Assembly: GCA_026421205.1 (NCBI GenBank)
Contig: JAPKBM010000008.1
Span: 4,055 to 68,054 of the forward strand
Reading direction: 5' to 3'
DNA length: 64,000 nucleotides
Origin: Planctomycetota bacterium
Lineage (GTDB): Bacteria > Planctomycetota > UBA1135
Shown: positions 17,691 through 26,702 of the stretch, piece after piece
How positions within the stretch are numbered: position 1 is the stretch's first letter
Layout of the letters: each line of letters opens with the position of its first letter
Notes under the pieces: generated by a model
Databases searched by the model: none
Seen by the model: the letters and a program-made list of their open reading frames with translations, nothing else
Told to the model about the DNA's origin: nothing
Made by a program: the position numbers and the translations under genes

Positions 17691-19645
17691 CCCATTCCGA
17701 CCGCATCGAAACCCTTCTTGAAGAGAACCGTACCTTCCCCCCTAGCGCCGAATTTGTAGGCCAGGCCAATCTCACGGACCCGCAAACGTACGCCGATGCC
17801 AATGCGGACCCGGAAGGGTGGTGGGCCTCTTGGGCGGAACAATTAACCTGGGATGAAAAGTGGCATACGGTTTCTGAGTGGAAGCCCCCTTATGCAAAGT
17901 GGTTTCTTGGCGGAAAACTGAATGCCAGCGTGCAATGCTTAGACCGGCATGTCGATGCTGGAAAAGGAGACCAAGTGGCTTTCCACTGGGAAGGCGAACC
18001 CGGGGATCGACGGACGCTGACGTATGCCGACATGTTGGAAGGCGTTGGGCGTGTTGCCAATGGTTTAAAAACTTTGGGGATTGAAAAAGGAGACCGCGTC
18101 ACTCTTTATATGCCGATGGTCCCTGAACTTGCCATGGCTGTTTTGGCTTGCTCTAGAATTGGCGCAATCTTCTCGGTGGTCTTTGCGGGATTTTCCGCAA
18201 CTTCTTTAAAAGATCGAATTCAAGATCAAGAAGCAAAGTTAGTCATCTGTGCCGACGGTTGTTGGCGACGCGGAAAAGTTTTGGATCTAAAGACCGTCGT
18301 GGACGAAGCCGTTGCCGATTGCCCCAGTATCAAAAATGTTTTACTTTGGCGAAGAGGGGGAGAATTGAAAACTGCATCGAATGGGATTTCTCGAGACTGC
18401 GAATGGAGTGATATGGTAGAAACGCAGGACGCACTTTGCCCTCCCGTTTTGATGGATGCCGAAGACCCGCTCTTCATTCTGTACACCAGCGGAACCACGG
18501 GAAAACCGAAAGGTATTGTCCACACCACCGGAGGTTATCTCACCGGCGCTTTGGCGACAACCAGTTTGGTTTTTGATTTAAAGCCTAATGAGGACGTTTA
18601 TTGGTGCACCGCCGACATCGGTTGGATTACGGGACACTCTTACATTGTCTTTGGCCCGATGGCTGCCGGAGTCACCCAAGTCATGTATGAAGGTGCACCA
18701 AACCACCCGAAATCGGATCGGTTTTGGGAATTGGTGGAACGCTACAAGGTGAGTATTTTCTATACCGCACCTACCGCAATTCGCGCGTTCATCAAGTGGG
18801 GAGACGAGCACCCCGCAGCTCATGACCTTTCAAGTTTGCGTTTACTCGGAACCGTCGGCGAACCCATTAATCCAGAGGCTTGGGTTTGGTATCACGAACA
18901 CATCGGCACAGAACATTGCCCCATTGTGGACACTTGGTGGCAAACGGAAACGGGGGGCATCATGATCACCCCCCTTCCTGGAATCACTGAAACTATTCCG
19001 GGATCTGCCATGAAGCCCTTCCCCGGAATTGAAGCAAAACTTTTGGATGAACAAGGTGCCGAAGTCGTCGGCGCCGGCGGAGGCTATCTTGTGCTCTCCC
19101 GACCTTGGCCACACATGTTGCGCGGGCTTTGGAACGATCCGGAACGTTATGAAGAAACGTATTGGTCTCGCTTTCCAGGATTTTACTTTCCTGGGGACGG
19201 CGCCAAACGAGATGCCGACGGCAACCTCTGGATTTTAGGCCGTGTCGATGACGTGATGAACGTAAGCGGCCACCGTCTCTCCACCATGGAGATTGAATCC
19301 GCCTTGGTGGACCATCCCGCCGTTGCAGAGGCTGCCGTGATCGGCATATCTCATGAACTGAAAGGGCAAGTGCCTGTCGGATTTGTCATCTTGCGCAGCA
19401 GCCACGAATCATCCCCGGCACTGGCCGAAGAGCTCCGCAAGCACGTCGGCACCCTGATTGGTGGGCTAGCACGCCCGGAGGCGATCCATTTCACACCCGA
19501 ACTCCCGAAAACGCGGTCTGGCAAGATTATGAGACGACTTCTGCGTGATGTTGCGGAAGGCAAGCACATCGGCGACACCACAACTTTGGCCGATCCGGGT
19601 GTCTTAGACGGCCTCAGAGCGGAATATGAAGGTAATAAGGGCTAA
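17687..19645 (+). CDS. acs: acetyl-CoA synthetase
   Basis: Start at ATG 17687 (MTHSDRIETLLEENRTF) with an ATGA overlap on lpxA. Motifs are YTSGTTGKPKG, WWQTETGG and ELPKTRSGKIMRRLLR. The track ORF from 17474 is an over-extension. Confidence 0.9.
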   Translation: MTHSDRIETLLEENRTFPPSAEFVGQANLTDPQTYADANADPEGWWASWAEQLTWDEKWHTVSEWKPPYAKWFLGGKLNASVQCLDRHVDAGKGDQVAFHWEGEPGDRRTLTYADMLEGVGRVANGLKTLGIEKGDRVTLYMPMVPELAMAVLACSRIGAIFSVVFAGFSATSLKDRIQDQEAKLVICADGCWRRGKVLDLKTVVDEAVADCPSIKNVLLWRRGGELKTASNGISRDCEWSDMVETQDALCPPVLMDAEDPLFILYTSGTTGKPKGIVHTTGGYLTGALATTSLVFDLKPNEDVYWCTADIGWITGHSYIVFGPMAAGVTQVMYEGAPNHPKSDRFWELVERYKVSIFYTAPTAIRAFIKWGDEHPAAHDLSSLRLLGTVGEPINPEAWVWYHEHIGTEHCPIVDTWWQTETGGIMITPLPGITETIPGSAMKPFPGIEAKLLDEQGAEVVGAGGGYLVLSRPWPHMLRGLWNDPERYEETYWSRFPGFYFPGDGAKRDADGNLWILGRVDDVMNVSGHRLSTMEIESALVDHPAVAEAAVIGISHELKGQVPVGFVILRSSHESSPALAEELRKHVGTLIGGLARPEAIHFTPELPKTRSGKIMRRLLRDVAEGKHIGDTTTLADPGVLDGLRAEYEGNKG

Positions 19646-19731
19646 TTTCTCCCTTTTTAAATCCTTAAGGTAAAATTCAGTCTCTGACCTCGGAATTGCC
19701 GATAAGTGCTTGCAGCCATCGGCCTCGCCGC

Positions 19732-22344
19732 ATGTCCATCCTCCGCCCACCTCTCCAACGCCTCCACGTTGCGCCTTTCGTCCTAGCACTTGCTGTGGTC
19801 GGCGCACCCTCTTTGATGGGGCAGGATTTCCAAAACATAACGCCGACGGCGGTCCCCTTTATGGAAAACCCAGGCTTTGCAGGAGCCGAGGTTGACTGGG
19901 TGGCGCAAGGTTCCAACCGCACCGTGACTTTTGGAAAAAACGGCGTGCAAATTCTGCAAGCACTTCCATCGGAAGATGAGGAAAACACCACTCCATGGCA
20001 TGTCATCTCATGGACTTTTCCGGGCCAGACGGGGCAGGTGAACTTCCGGGCGGAGGATCCCCTTCCTGGTCAGGTCCATTCTTACTTGGGCTCCGGCCCG
20101 CACTGGAAAATTGCGCGCCAAACATACCGCCGTCTTGTCGCTGAACAAATTTGGCCCGGCATTGACTTACAGTTTGACAGTGCAAGTAGTTCTCTGAAGT
20201 ATCTTTTTCACGTGGACGTGAGTGCAAACCCCCAAGATATCAGCATGCATTTTGATGGATTGGATGCACTTTATGTTGCCGAAGATGGAAGTTTAAAAAT
20301 GACGTCGGCGGCAGGCGTTTTGTCCGACCCGGCTCCTTTGGCCTGGCAAGAAACAACCGATGGCCAACGAATGATTTCCGTTCATTGGAGTGTCAAGCCA
20401 GACAAACAAACGGCGCAATTGATTGTGGGTGATTATGACCCCACACTTCCGCTTTGGGTAGATCCTGAGATGTTGATTTACTGTGGTTTCATCGGCGGAA
20501 CCATGGATGAAGAATCTCGCGGCATTGGCGTGGATGACGCGGGGAACATTTATGTGACGGGTTTAACAGAATCTACCAACCTTCCCGTGCTCAATGCGGA
20601 GCAAAACACTTCGGGCGGTGGAGAATCCGATGTTTGGGTGGCCAAAGTGGACCCTCTCGGCAATCTTCTTTACCTCACCTATCTAGGTGGCACTGGAAAA
20701 GAGTTGCCGTATTCCTTGACCGCCGACGGCTCCGGCAATGCTTACGTTGCGGGAGGTTCCACGTCATCCGATTGGCCCAGTGTTGGAGGCGGTCCGGAGA
20801 TTACTGGTGCTTCCCATGGAAGTTTGGATGGCTTTGTTGCAAAACTAGATCCTTCCGGTCTATTGATTTACTCCGGCATGTTTGGTGGTCTTGAATTTGA
20901 CAGCATCCGGGGCAATACCGTTTCGGCCGACGGCTCTCACTATGTCATTGGCCGGTCCTATACGGAAGATGGCTCTTTTCCTGTTCATAACGGCCCAAGC
21001 TTGAGCCATTCCGGTGGACAAAGTGATATTTTCGTGGCAAAGATTTCACCAGACGGAAGTACTTTAGAGTACAGCGGGTTTTTGGGTGGCGATAAAATTG
21101 ATTATGGACGAGACATTGCTGTGGATGACCGCGGTTTTGCTTACGTGACCGGCTGGACCAACTCCGACGAAAACACTTTCCCGGTCACCGTCGGCCCAGA
21201 CCTCACTTACAACGGCGGTCATAAAGATTTTGGACTTGGGTGGGAGCAATACGGGGACGCTTTCATTGCCAAAATCCTTCCTGACGGAACGGGTTACGTT
21301 TATTGTGGCTACATCGGCGGCGCACGGACGGATGGGGGCTTCGGCGTGCATGTAGATTCATCCGGCGCCGTTTATTTGGCCGGACACACGACGTCGGATA
21401 ATTCCTCCGACCCTGTGGATGGATTATTCCCAGCAAAAATCGGGCCCAGCTTGGTTTATCGTGGAGATGGCGTGAATGAAGACCTGCAGCCTTACGGAGA
21501 CGCATTTGTCGCCAAAGTATCCCGCGATGGCACGGAATTGGAGTTTTGCGGCTATGTCGGCGGTCAGCGCAGTGATCGTGCATGGCGACTTGGCCGGGAT
21601 TCCTTCGGTAATCTTTATCTAGTGGGCAACACACGCTCTCGGCAAAGTGAAGGCTTTCCTCACCAGTCCATTGGCCCGCAAATTTCTTGGGGTGGCAGTG
21701 GTGATGGATTTTTGTCCATGGTCTCCCCCGACGGCCGGAGAATTTTATACAGCACCTACTTCGGCGGAAGTGAGGATGACCTTATTCGTGACGTGGCCAT
21801 CGCCGATGACGGCACCGTGTATGTCACAGGCTGGACAGAATCTAATTTAGATTTCCCTTTGGTGAACGGCCCCTCCACAACCCACCAAGGACTGAAGGAT
21901 GCCTTTGTTGCCCGTATACCCCCCTACCACGTGTTGTTACGTGGTGGAACGGCTGTGGATCCCGCAACCGAAGAACATGCGGATGTCCTCCTTTTAGATG
22001 GAGATCCAGGAGCAGATTGGCAACGCGAAGTAACGGTCGTGGCCAATACCACCCTCACGCTTTCCATTGACGCCACTTCTTGGTTAGCTGGCCAGGCGCT
22101 CACACTCTATCAATGGCCCGCCGATGCCGGCCGACGCTGGGCCAGCCAAACGGAAACAGGTTTTGCGGCTGACTTAGGTCACGCGGCATTCCCACTGGGT
22201 GCTTCCACCCTGGTCACCTCCGGTACAGGTTCTGTCACGGTCAGTTTGTCGGCTGGGGATTGGACTTTACAAGCGGTCATCACGGACCCAGCAAACCCCC
22301 TTGGAAAGAGCTTGTCCAACGCCATCGTGGTTCACGCGCAGTAA
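19732..22344 (+). CDS. secreted SBBP-type beta-propeller repeat protein
   Basis: ATG 19732 gives a signal VAPFVLALAVVGAPSLMGQ. It carries many repeats of the form GG..D.G..IAVD..GN.YVTG.T.S..FP. Confidence 0.7.
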   Translation: MSILRPPLQRLHVAPFVLALAVVGAPSLMGQDFQNITPTAVPFMENPGFAGAEVDWVAQGSNRTVTFGKNGVQILQALPSEDEENTTPWHVISWTFPGQTGQVNFRAEDPLPGQVHSYLGSGPHWKIARQTYRRLVAEQIWPGIDLQFDSASSSLKYLFHVDVSANPQDISMHFDGLDALYVAEDGSLKMTSAAGVLSDPAPLAWQETTDGQRMISVHWSVKPDKQTAQLIVGDYDPTLPLWVDPEMLIYCGFIGGTMDEESRGIGVDDAGNIYVTGLTESTNLPVLNAEQNTSGGGESDVWVAKVDPLGNLLYLTYLGGTGKELPYSLTADGSGNAYVAGGSTSSDWPSVGGGPEITGASHGSLDGFVAKLDPSGLLIYSGMFGGLEFDSIRGNTVSADGSHYVIGRSYTEDGSFPVHNGPSLSHSGGQSDIFVAKISPDGSTLEYSGFLGGDKIDYGRDIAVDDRGFAYVTGWTNSDENTFPVTVGPDLTYNGGHKDFGLGWEQYGDAFIAKILPDGTGYVYCGYIGGARTDGGFGVHVDSSGAVYLAGHTTSDNSSDPVDGLFPAKIGPSLVYRGDGVNEDLQPYGDAFVAKVSRDGTELEFCGYVGGQRSDRAWRLGRDSFGNLYLVGNTRSRQSEGFPHQSIGPQISWGGSGDGFLSMVSPDGRRILYSTYFGGSEDDLIRDVAIADDGTVYVTGWTESNLDFPLVNGPSTTHQGLKDAFVARIPPYHVLLRGGTAVDPATEEHADVLLLDGDPGADWQREVTVVANTTLTLSIDATSWLAGQALTLYQWPADAGRRWASQTETGFAADLGHAAFPLGASTLVTSGTGSVTVSLSAGDWTLQAVITDPANPLGKSLSNAIVVHAQ

Positions 22345-22415
22345 CCTCACGCACAAAAAACCCTTGTCGAGGTCTAGGAACTGGCTAAAGTGGCAAGGTT
22401 CCTTAACACAAACCT

Positions 22416-22500
22416 ACCAAGAATCTGGTGCTCGGAAAGCGGGGTGAAATTCCCCCACGGATCCGCCACCGTACAGTCGGAAAACGGCCCAGTTTCTGGT
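22416..22500 (+). promoter_or_regulatory. putative cobalamin (B12) riboswitch with a compact core and no large peripheral extension
   Basis: The sequence ctcGGAAAGCGGGGTGAAATTCCCCCACGGATCCGCCACCGTAcag matches the conserved cobalamin-riboswitch core (GGGAA-type junction, P4 hairpin with loop UGAAAUU, and a CCGCCACCGU element like CCCGCCACUGU). It folds into nested helices: 22416-22423/22494-22500, 22425-22428/22489-22492, 22441-22444/22452-22455, 22457-22460/22469-22472 and 22476-22479/22485-22488. Confidence 0.6.
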
Positions 22501-22510
22501 TTCACCTCTC

Positions 22511-23929
22511 ATGTCCGGGCGAGATTCCCGGCTGAAACGCATGAAACATTTTTTGTCGGCCATCGTGGCCTCTTGTGCTCTCGTTGTCCCGACTTTTGGG
22601 CAACAATTTGCTCACGACATTTCCCTGTCCGGCCTTGGGAATGGTGATGCAAAACCCTTTGGCTTGGCGTATGAACCAACCTCCAACCAACTTTACGTTG
22701 CGCTGTCGGGTTCGTTTGGTACACCGAACGATGTGGTTGCTGTGATTGACGTGGCCACGGATACAGTGAAGCAAGTGATTCCCGTCGGCCTTTACCCAGA
22801 AGACATTGCTTTTGTGTATGACGCCAGTGGAAATTTCCGATACGGCGCGGTGACCAATTCCACCAGTGGTTCCGTCACACTTTGGGATGACCAAGATCAA
22901 GTTGTGGCCACGGTGGCGCTTCCGGATCCTTGGATGATGGGCTCTTGTTATCCCTTTGGGATTACGGCCTCCGAAGATGGACAGTTTTTTTACATCACAA
23001 CTCAGGATGGAACGGGTGAAATTTACGCTGTAAATGTTAACACGTTGTCCGTAGATACGACTGCTGGATTGGCCGCACCATTTCGCTCTGGTGGACGCCC
23101 AGTTCACGCAAACGGGACCTTGTTTGCCCCTATGACAACTTATACGGCAACTTGGACGGGTTCGGAGGCAGGCCTTGGCGCTTGCTCCTCTGTCGCAACG
23201 AACTACACCATGCTTCACGTTGAAGATGGAACATCGACCTACCCTAGTGGTCAAGATCTGGTGCAACTCCCCGACGGCCGCATGGTTTGGGGTGGCTTGT
23301 TCGCCGATAATCGGCTGTACATTTTTTCCGCCGACGGCGCACTGGAGCAAACTGTGTCGTGCAGCGCGGGCGCGCATGGTCTTGGTGTGAATGCAACCGG
23401 CGACATCTTGGTGGCCTGCGGCTTGTACGGCAACCTTCTTTCTTTTATTGACCTCAACACGATGAAAGAAATTTCTACCGTAAGCGTAAGCAATGTTGGC
23501 TTAGGTTATTCCATGCCCAACGATGCCGTTTTTGCCGGAGGAAAACTTTACGTCACCTCGCAGGGCACTGAAGAAGTCATGGTTTTTGACAACCTTCCCA
23601 CCGCCGGTCAGTCCAACCATACTGGATCTCTTGTCATCTCCAACCCTTCGCCATCGGCTGGGGAATTCTTGGATGTCTCGGTAAATGGGCAAGGCATCAC
23701 CGCCCTAGTTTCCGCCGATGCCGCTTGGCCCACGATGACAAGCTACGGCTTTCTCATGGACATCGGCCCCAATCTCCGGATTCACGGGCATGGCATAAAC
23801 GCCTTCCAGAAGACCTTCCGCGTCCCTTTGTCGGGATCTGTTGCAGGAACGCATCATTGGATGCAAGGTGCGCAGCTTAATGCGGGCGCTTGGACAACGA
23901 CCGAGCCTCGCGTACTGGTACTTCAGTAA
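22511..23929 (+). CDS. secreted YVTN-type beta-propeller repeat protein
   Basis: ATG 22511 with an alternative ATG at 22541 (MKHFLSAIVASCALVVPTFGQQ signal). Repeats include PFGLAYEPTSNQLYVA...VVAVIDVAT, YPFGITASEDGQFFYITT and GGKLYVTSQGTEEVMVFD. Confidence 0.7.
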   Translation: MSGRDSRLKRMKHFLSAIVASCALVVPTFGQQFAHDISLSGLGNGDAKPFGLAYEPTSNQLYVALSGSFGTPNDVVAVIDVATDTVKQVIPVGLYPEDIAFVYDASGNFRYGAVTNSTSGSVTLWDDQDQVVATVALPDPWMMGSCYPFGITASEDGQFFYITTQDGTGEIYAVNVNTLSVDTTAGLAAPFRSGGRPVHANGTLFAPMTTYTATWTGSEAGLGACSSVATNYTMLHVEDGTSTYPSGQDLVQLPDGRMVWGGLFADNRLYIFSADGALEQTVSCSAGAHGLGVNATGDILVACGLYGNLLSFIDLNTMKEISTVSVSNVGLGYSMPNDAVFAGGKLYVTSQGTEEVMVFDNLPTAGQSNHTGSLVISNPSPSAGEFLDVSVNGQGITALVSADAAWPTMTSYGFLMDIGPNLRIHGHGINAFQKTFRVPLSGSVAGTHHWMQGAQLNAGAWTTTEPRVLVLQ

Positions 23930-23936
23930 CGGCAGA

Positions 23937-24037
23937 TTTTGAGGTCGTTCCTAGTTTAAATATCACTATTTCTTAGCAAAGAGGGGCAGCCCCTTTGCTG
24001 AGAAATAGTGATATTTAAACTAGGAACGACCTCAAAA
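23937..24037. repeat. 101-bp near-perfect palindrome (37-bp perfect arms plus an extended inner stem) between convergent genes
   Basis: The left arm ttttgaggtcgttcctagtttaaatatcactatttct (23937-23973) is the exact reverse complement of 24001-24037. An inner agcaaag/ctttgct plus ggg/ccc pairing closes on a 4-nt loop. The right arm overlaps the stop codon of the minus-strand gene at 24032. Confidence 0.9.
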
Positions 24038-25102
24038 CCCCAATCTATCCAGAACCATATCGCCCCACTCCGTCGTGGAATGCACCCCGGCTTTGAGTCC
24101 TTCTATTTGGTCGGAACATAATAATTCGCGAACCGCCGTTTCCACGGCAATCGAGGCTTCGCGTTCTCCAAGATGCTCCAGCATCATGGCCACCGCATTG
24201 ATGGTCGCCACTGGATTGGCCGTATTCTTCCCGGTTGCCTTCGGCATTGAGCCATGAATGGGCTCAAACAAAGAAAAATGACCTGGGTTGATATTTCCAG
24301 AAGCCGCGACGCCCATGCCGCCTTGCACCATCGCGCCGAGGTCGGTGATAATGTCACCGAATAAATTTGTGGTCACCGCCACATCAAACCACTCTGGATT
24401 TTTCACCATCCACATGCACGCTGCATCAATGTAAGCATGGTCCGTTTTAACGTCAGGGTAATCCTTCGAAACTTCTTCAAAAACGCGTGTGTAAATATCC
24501 TGCGCGCGCACAGCATTTGCCTTGTCAATCAAAGTCAACTGCCGACGAGGTCGAGTCATGGCCAATTCAAATGCGTAACGAATCACGCGCTCCGTACCCG
24601 CGCGCGTGTACTTCATGGGTTGCGATGCCACTTCATTTGGGCCACCCTTATCTTCAAACACTGGGGGGAAAACATAAGCATCTTCTGTGTTTTCCCGAAC
24701 AATCACCATGTCCACATCAGCCGGTTTTTTGTCCTTCAACGGACACCAGCGTTCGTCGTAAAGCTGAATCGGCCGCAAGTTAATGTACAACCCACCTTCC
24801 CAGCGTAACTTGCCAATCACACCACGCTCAATCAAACCAATGGGCGCACGAGGATCACCTATGGCCCCCAACAACAACGCATCATGCTCTTGCGTACGAA
24901 CAAACGCTTCGTCGGGAAAAATCTCCCCACCATCTTCTCCTCCGGTTGCCAACCAATGATCCGTTCCATACGGAAGATCCGTCAACGCACAAGAAAATCC
25001 ATACTTCTCTGATGCGGCGTGCAACACACGCAAACCTTCGCGGACGACTTCAGGGCCGATACCATCACCGGCCAACACTGCAATTTTGTGGGTTTTACTC
25101 AT
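24032..25102 (-). CDS. isocitrate/isopropylmalate dehydrogenase family protein (tartrate/D-malate dehydrogenase-like)
   Basis: Start at ATG 25102 ([20 protein letters not shown]). Motifs are [21 protein letters not shown] and [10 protein letters not shown]. The track ORF to 25258 is an over-extension. Confidence 0.8.
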   Translation of the reverse strand: MSKTHKIAVLAGDGIGPEVVREGLRVLHAASEKYGFSCALTDLPYGTDHWLATGGEDGGEIFPDEAFVRTQEHDALLLGAIGDPRAPIGLIERGVIGKLRWEGGLYINLRPIQLYDERWCPLKDKKPADVDMVIVRENTEDAYVFPPVFEDKGGPNEVASQPMKYTRAGTERVIRYAFELAMTRPRRQLTLIDKANAVRAQDIYTRVFEEVSKDYPDVKTDHAYIDAACMWMVKNPEWFDVAVTTNLFGDIITDLGAMVQGGMGVAASGNINPGHFSLFEPIHGSMPKATGKNTANPVATINAVAMMLEHLGEREASIAVETAVRELLCSDQIEGLKAGVHSTTEWGDMVLDRLGF

Positions 25103-25226
25103 GGGGATTCTCACAAGAGAATCTCGCATTGTACTAGAACGATGCGTTCGCGAAAGAAGCCAACCCCAAAAGATAAAATCAAACCCAAAATCACCGCGCC
25201 CACACCCAGTGCACGAATGCAAGAAG

Positions 25227-25598
25227 TCATGGAGTGAGCAGAACTTCCACCGCGCCATCCAAACGCGCCCACACGGGAATCACCGAAAGCCCCGGATGTT
25301 CCGACGCAATCAAGGCCGCCGCCTGCACACACTGCACTTTTTGCTCTTCATCCGAAATCGGGTTTCCCGCACAACCTGGATGCGCCGCCACGACCACGCC
25401 CTTGGAATCATGCGCTTGCACAGAAATAGCCACGTGCCGACGAACCCCTTCGCTGATGCTGGCCACCACCCCGGCCTCCGTCACCATATCCACATAATCC
25501 ACTCCAAATTCCCGGCGCGTAAACGCGGTCACAGATTCTTGAACGCGGCCGTCCATGCAGTTGACAGCAGTAGCAAAAGTAGAGTTAGGGTCAGCCAT
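25227..25598 (-). CDS. small conserved-looking protein with beta-carbonic-anhydrase-type CxDxR and HxxC motifs (123 aa)
   Basis: ATG-start ORF containing NCMDGRV near the N-terminus and AAHPGCAG about 70 residues later. No other family recognised. Confidence 0.5.
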   Translation of the reverse strand: MADPNSTFATAVNCMDGRVQESVTAFTRREFGVDYVDMVTEAGVVASISEGVRRHVAISVQAHDSKGVVVAAHPGCAGNPISDEEQKVQCVQAAALIASEHPGLSVIPVWARLDGAVEVLLTP

Positions 25599-25617
25599 TG
25601 TCGTGTATATTAAGGAT

Positions 25618-26400
25618 ATGCTCCGCCTTTTTCTCGCCTCCCTTGCACTGATTTCACTCAGCCCTGCGCAATCTCCCGCCCCTTACCAGCACATCAACGT
25701 ATTCGGCGTGCATTGCGTGGCTACTAACAGTGTACCCAAGGCCAAGTTCCATCACATGGCATCGGTCTTGGCGCAATACTTGGACAACGATGAGGATGGA
25801 ATCGTGGATGACCCCAATGTCCTTGCCGCAATGACAGACCCCAATGAACCTCCCTGCCTCATGGCTCTGTTTCAGTCAGAGAATGAAATGGACAGCGTGC
25901 TGAATCAATACGGTCATATTTTAGATCGATACCGATGGCAAAATCTTTTCGCCGACGAATGCCATCCGCAAGGAAGTAGTACGCAAAATGGTTTTGATGC
26001 CACCCTAGAAGAAGTGCTGCACTTAGTCAGTCAACACGGTTGGGCCAACGCCTACCCAGCAGCCTTTGGGGAATACTCCGGTACAGAAATTGCCGACGCC
26101 ATGGATCTTGCGCGCGGTGGCCATTTCAACCGCCCACCCAACAACTACCCTCCCGGTGCATGGTACCACTACGATGACCGAACTTGCCGTTATGGTTGCC
26201 AAGTCACTGAATACTTTTACTGGTTTTTGACCTCTATTCTGGGCGCACAAGATTATCTCGGCCGTGGCAATGAAATTAATAACGAATGGGAACCCAACAC
26301 GGCAGCAAAAGTACAAAGTGTCGATGCCGGCGCATGGGCTTTGTTCCAAGACCCTCGATTTACATTCCCGCAAGTTATTCCTGATGGGAGTTATCGCTAA
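25618..26400 (+). CDS. hypothetical secreted protein (260 aa)
   Basis: ATG 25618 is preceded by aagga. Signal MLRLFLASLALISLSPAQS. No family recognised. Confidence 0.5.
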   Translation: MLRLFLASLALISLSPAQSPAPYQHINVFGVHCVATNSVPKAKFHHMASVLAQYLDNDEDGIVDDPNVLAAMTDPNEPPCLMALFQSENEMDSVLNQYGHILDRYRWQNLFADECHPQGSSTQNGFDATLEEVLHLVSQHGWANAYPAAFGEYSGTEIADAMDLARGGHFNRPPNNYPPGAWYHYDDRTCRYGCQVTEYFYWFLTSILGAQDYLGRGNEINNEWEPNTAAKVQSVDAGAWALFQDPRFTFPQVIPDGSYR

Positions 26401-26440
26401 ATCAAGCTCCAGTCCGTCTCTAGATTAACTCGATCACCTC

Positions 26441-26677
26441 CTAGGTGACTTCGGCAGAGTCATAGGTTCCATGATGATTCGCCACAAGGTGGTCATGCGC
26501 CGCTTCGCTTTCCCAACCTGCGTAAATCCGAGTGACATCGGGTTATTCTTGACTCTAGTCACCCACTTGAAAGAGAAACCCGGGGCAGCCTTTTAAAGAC
26601 TCCCAGTCCAAACGAGCCTTTTCAAAATCAGCGCGCTTTTCCGGTGACATGGTGCATCTTGTTTCCTTGAGAATCAT
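26441..26677 (-). pseudogene. decayed small ORF (ABM/DUF4937-like alpha+beta barrel remnant) with two in-frame stops
   Basis: One reading frame gives MILKETRCTMSPEKRADFEKARLDWESLKGCPGFLFQVGD*SQE*PDVTRIYAGWESEAAHDHLVANHHGTYDSAEVT*. The internal stops are TAG at 26555-26557 and TAA at 26543-26545. The W..L...PGF and WES.EAH pattern is typical of small monooxygenase-like barrels. Confidence 0.45.
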
Positions 26678-26702
26678 GGAAGCACTTTGTCTCTGCTAGA
26701 GT

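Noticed and set aside
22502-23377. A 291-aa minus-strand ORF in the track
   Set aside because: It lies entirely antisense to the well-supported YVTN propeller gene. Its composition is Arg/Cys/His-rich with no motifs, so it is a shadow ORF.
23937-24037. Possibility that the 37-nt arms are CRISPR repeats, or that the element is a tRNA or other known RNA
   Set aside because: The two copies are inverted rather than direct, with no spacer periodicity, no further repeats nearby and no cas genes. No cloverleaf can be drawn.
25105-25122. A perfect 7-bp hairpin (gattctc acaa gagaatc) just upstream of the dehydrogenase start
   Set aside because: It is short, has no T-run and has no conserved motif. 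It could affect translation initiation, but nothing supports a call.
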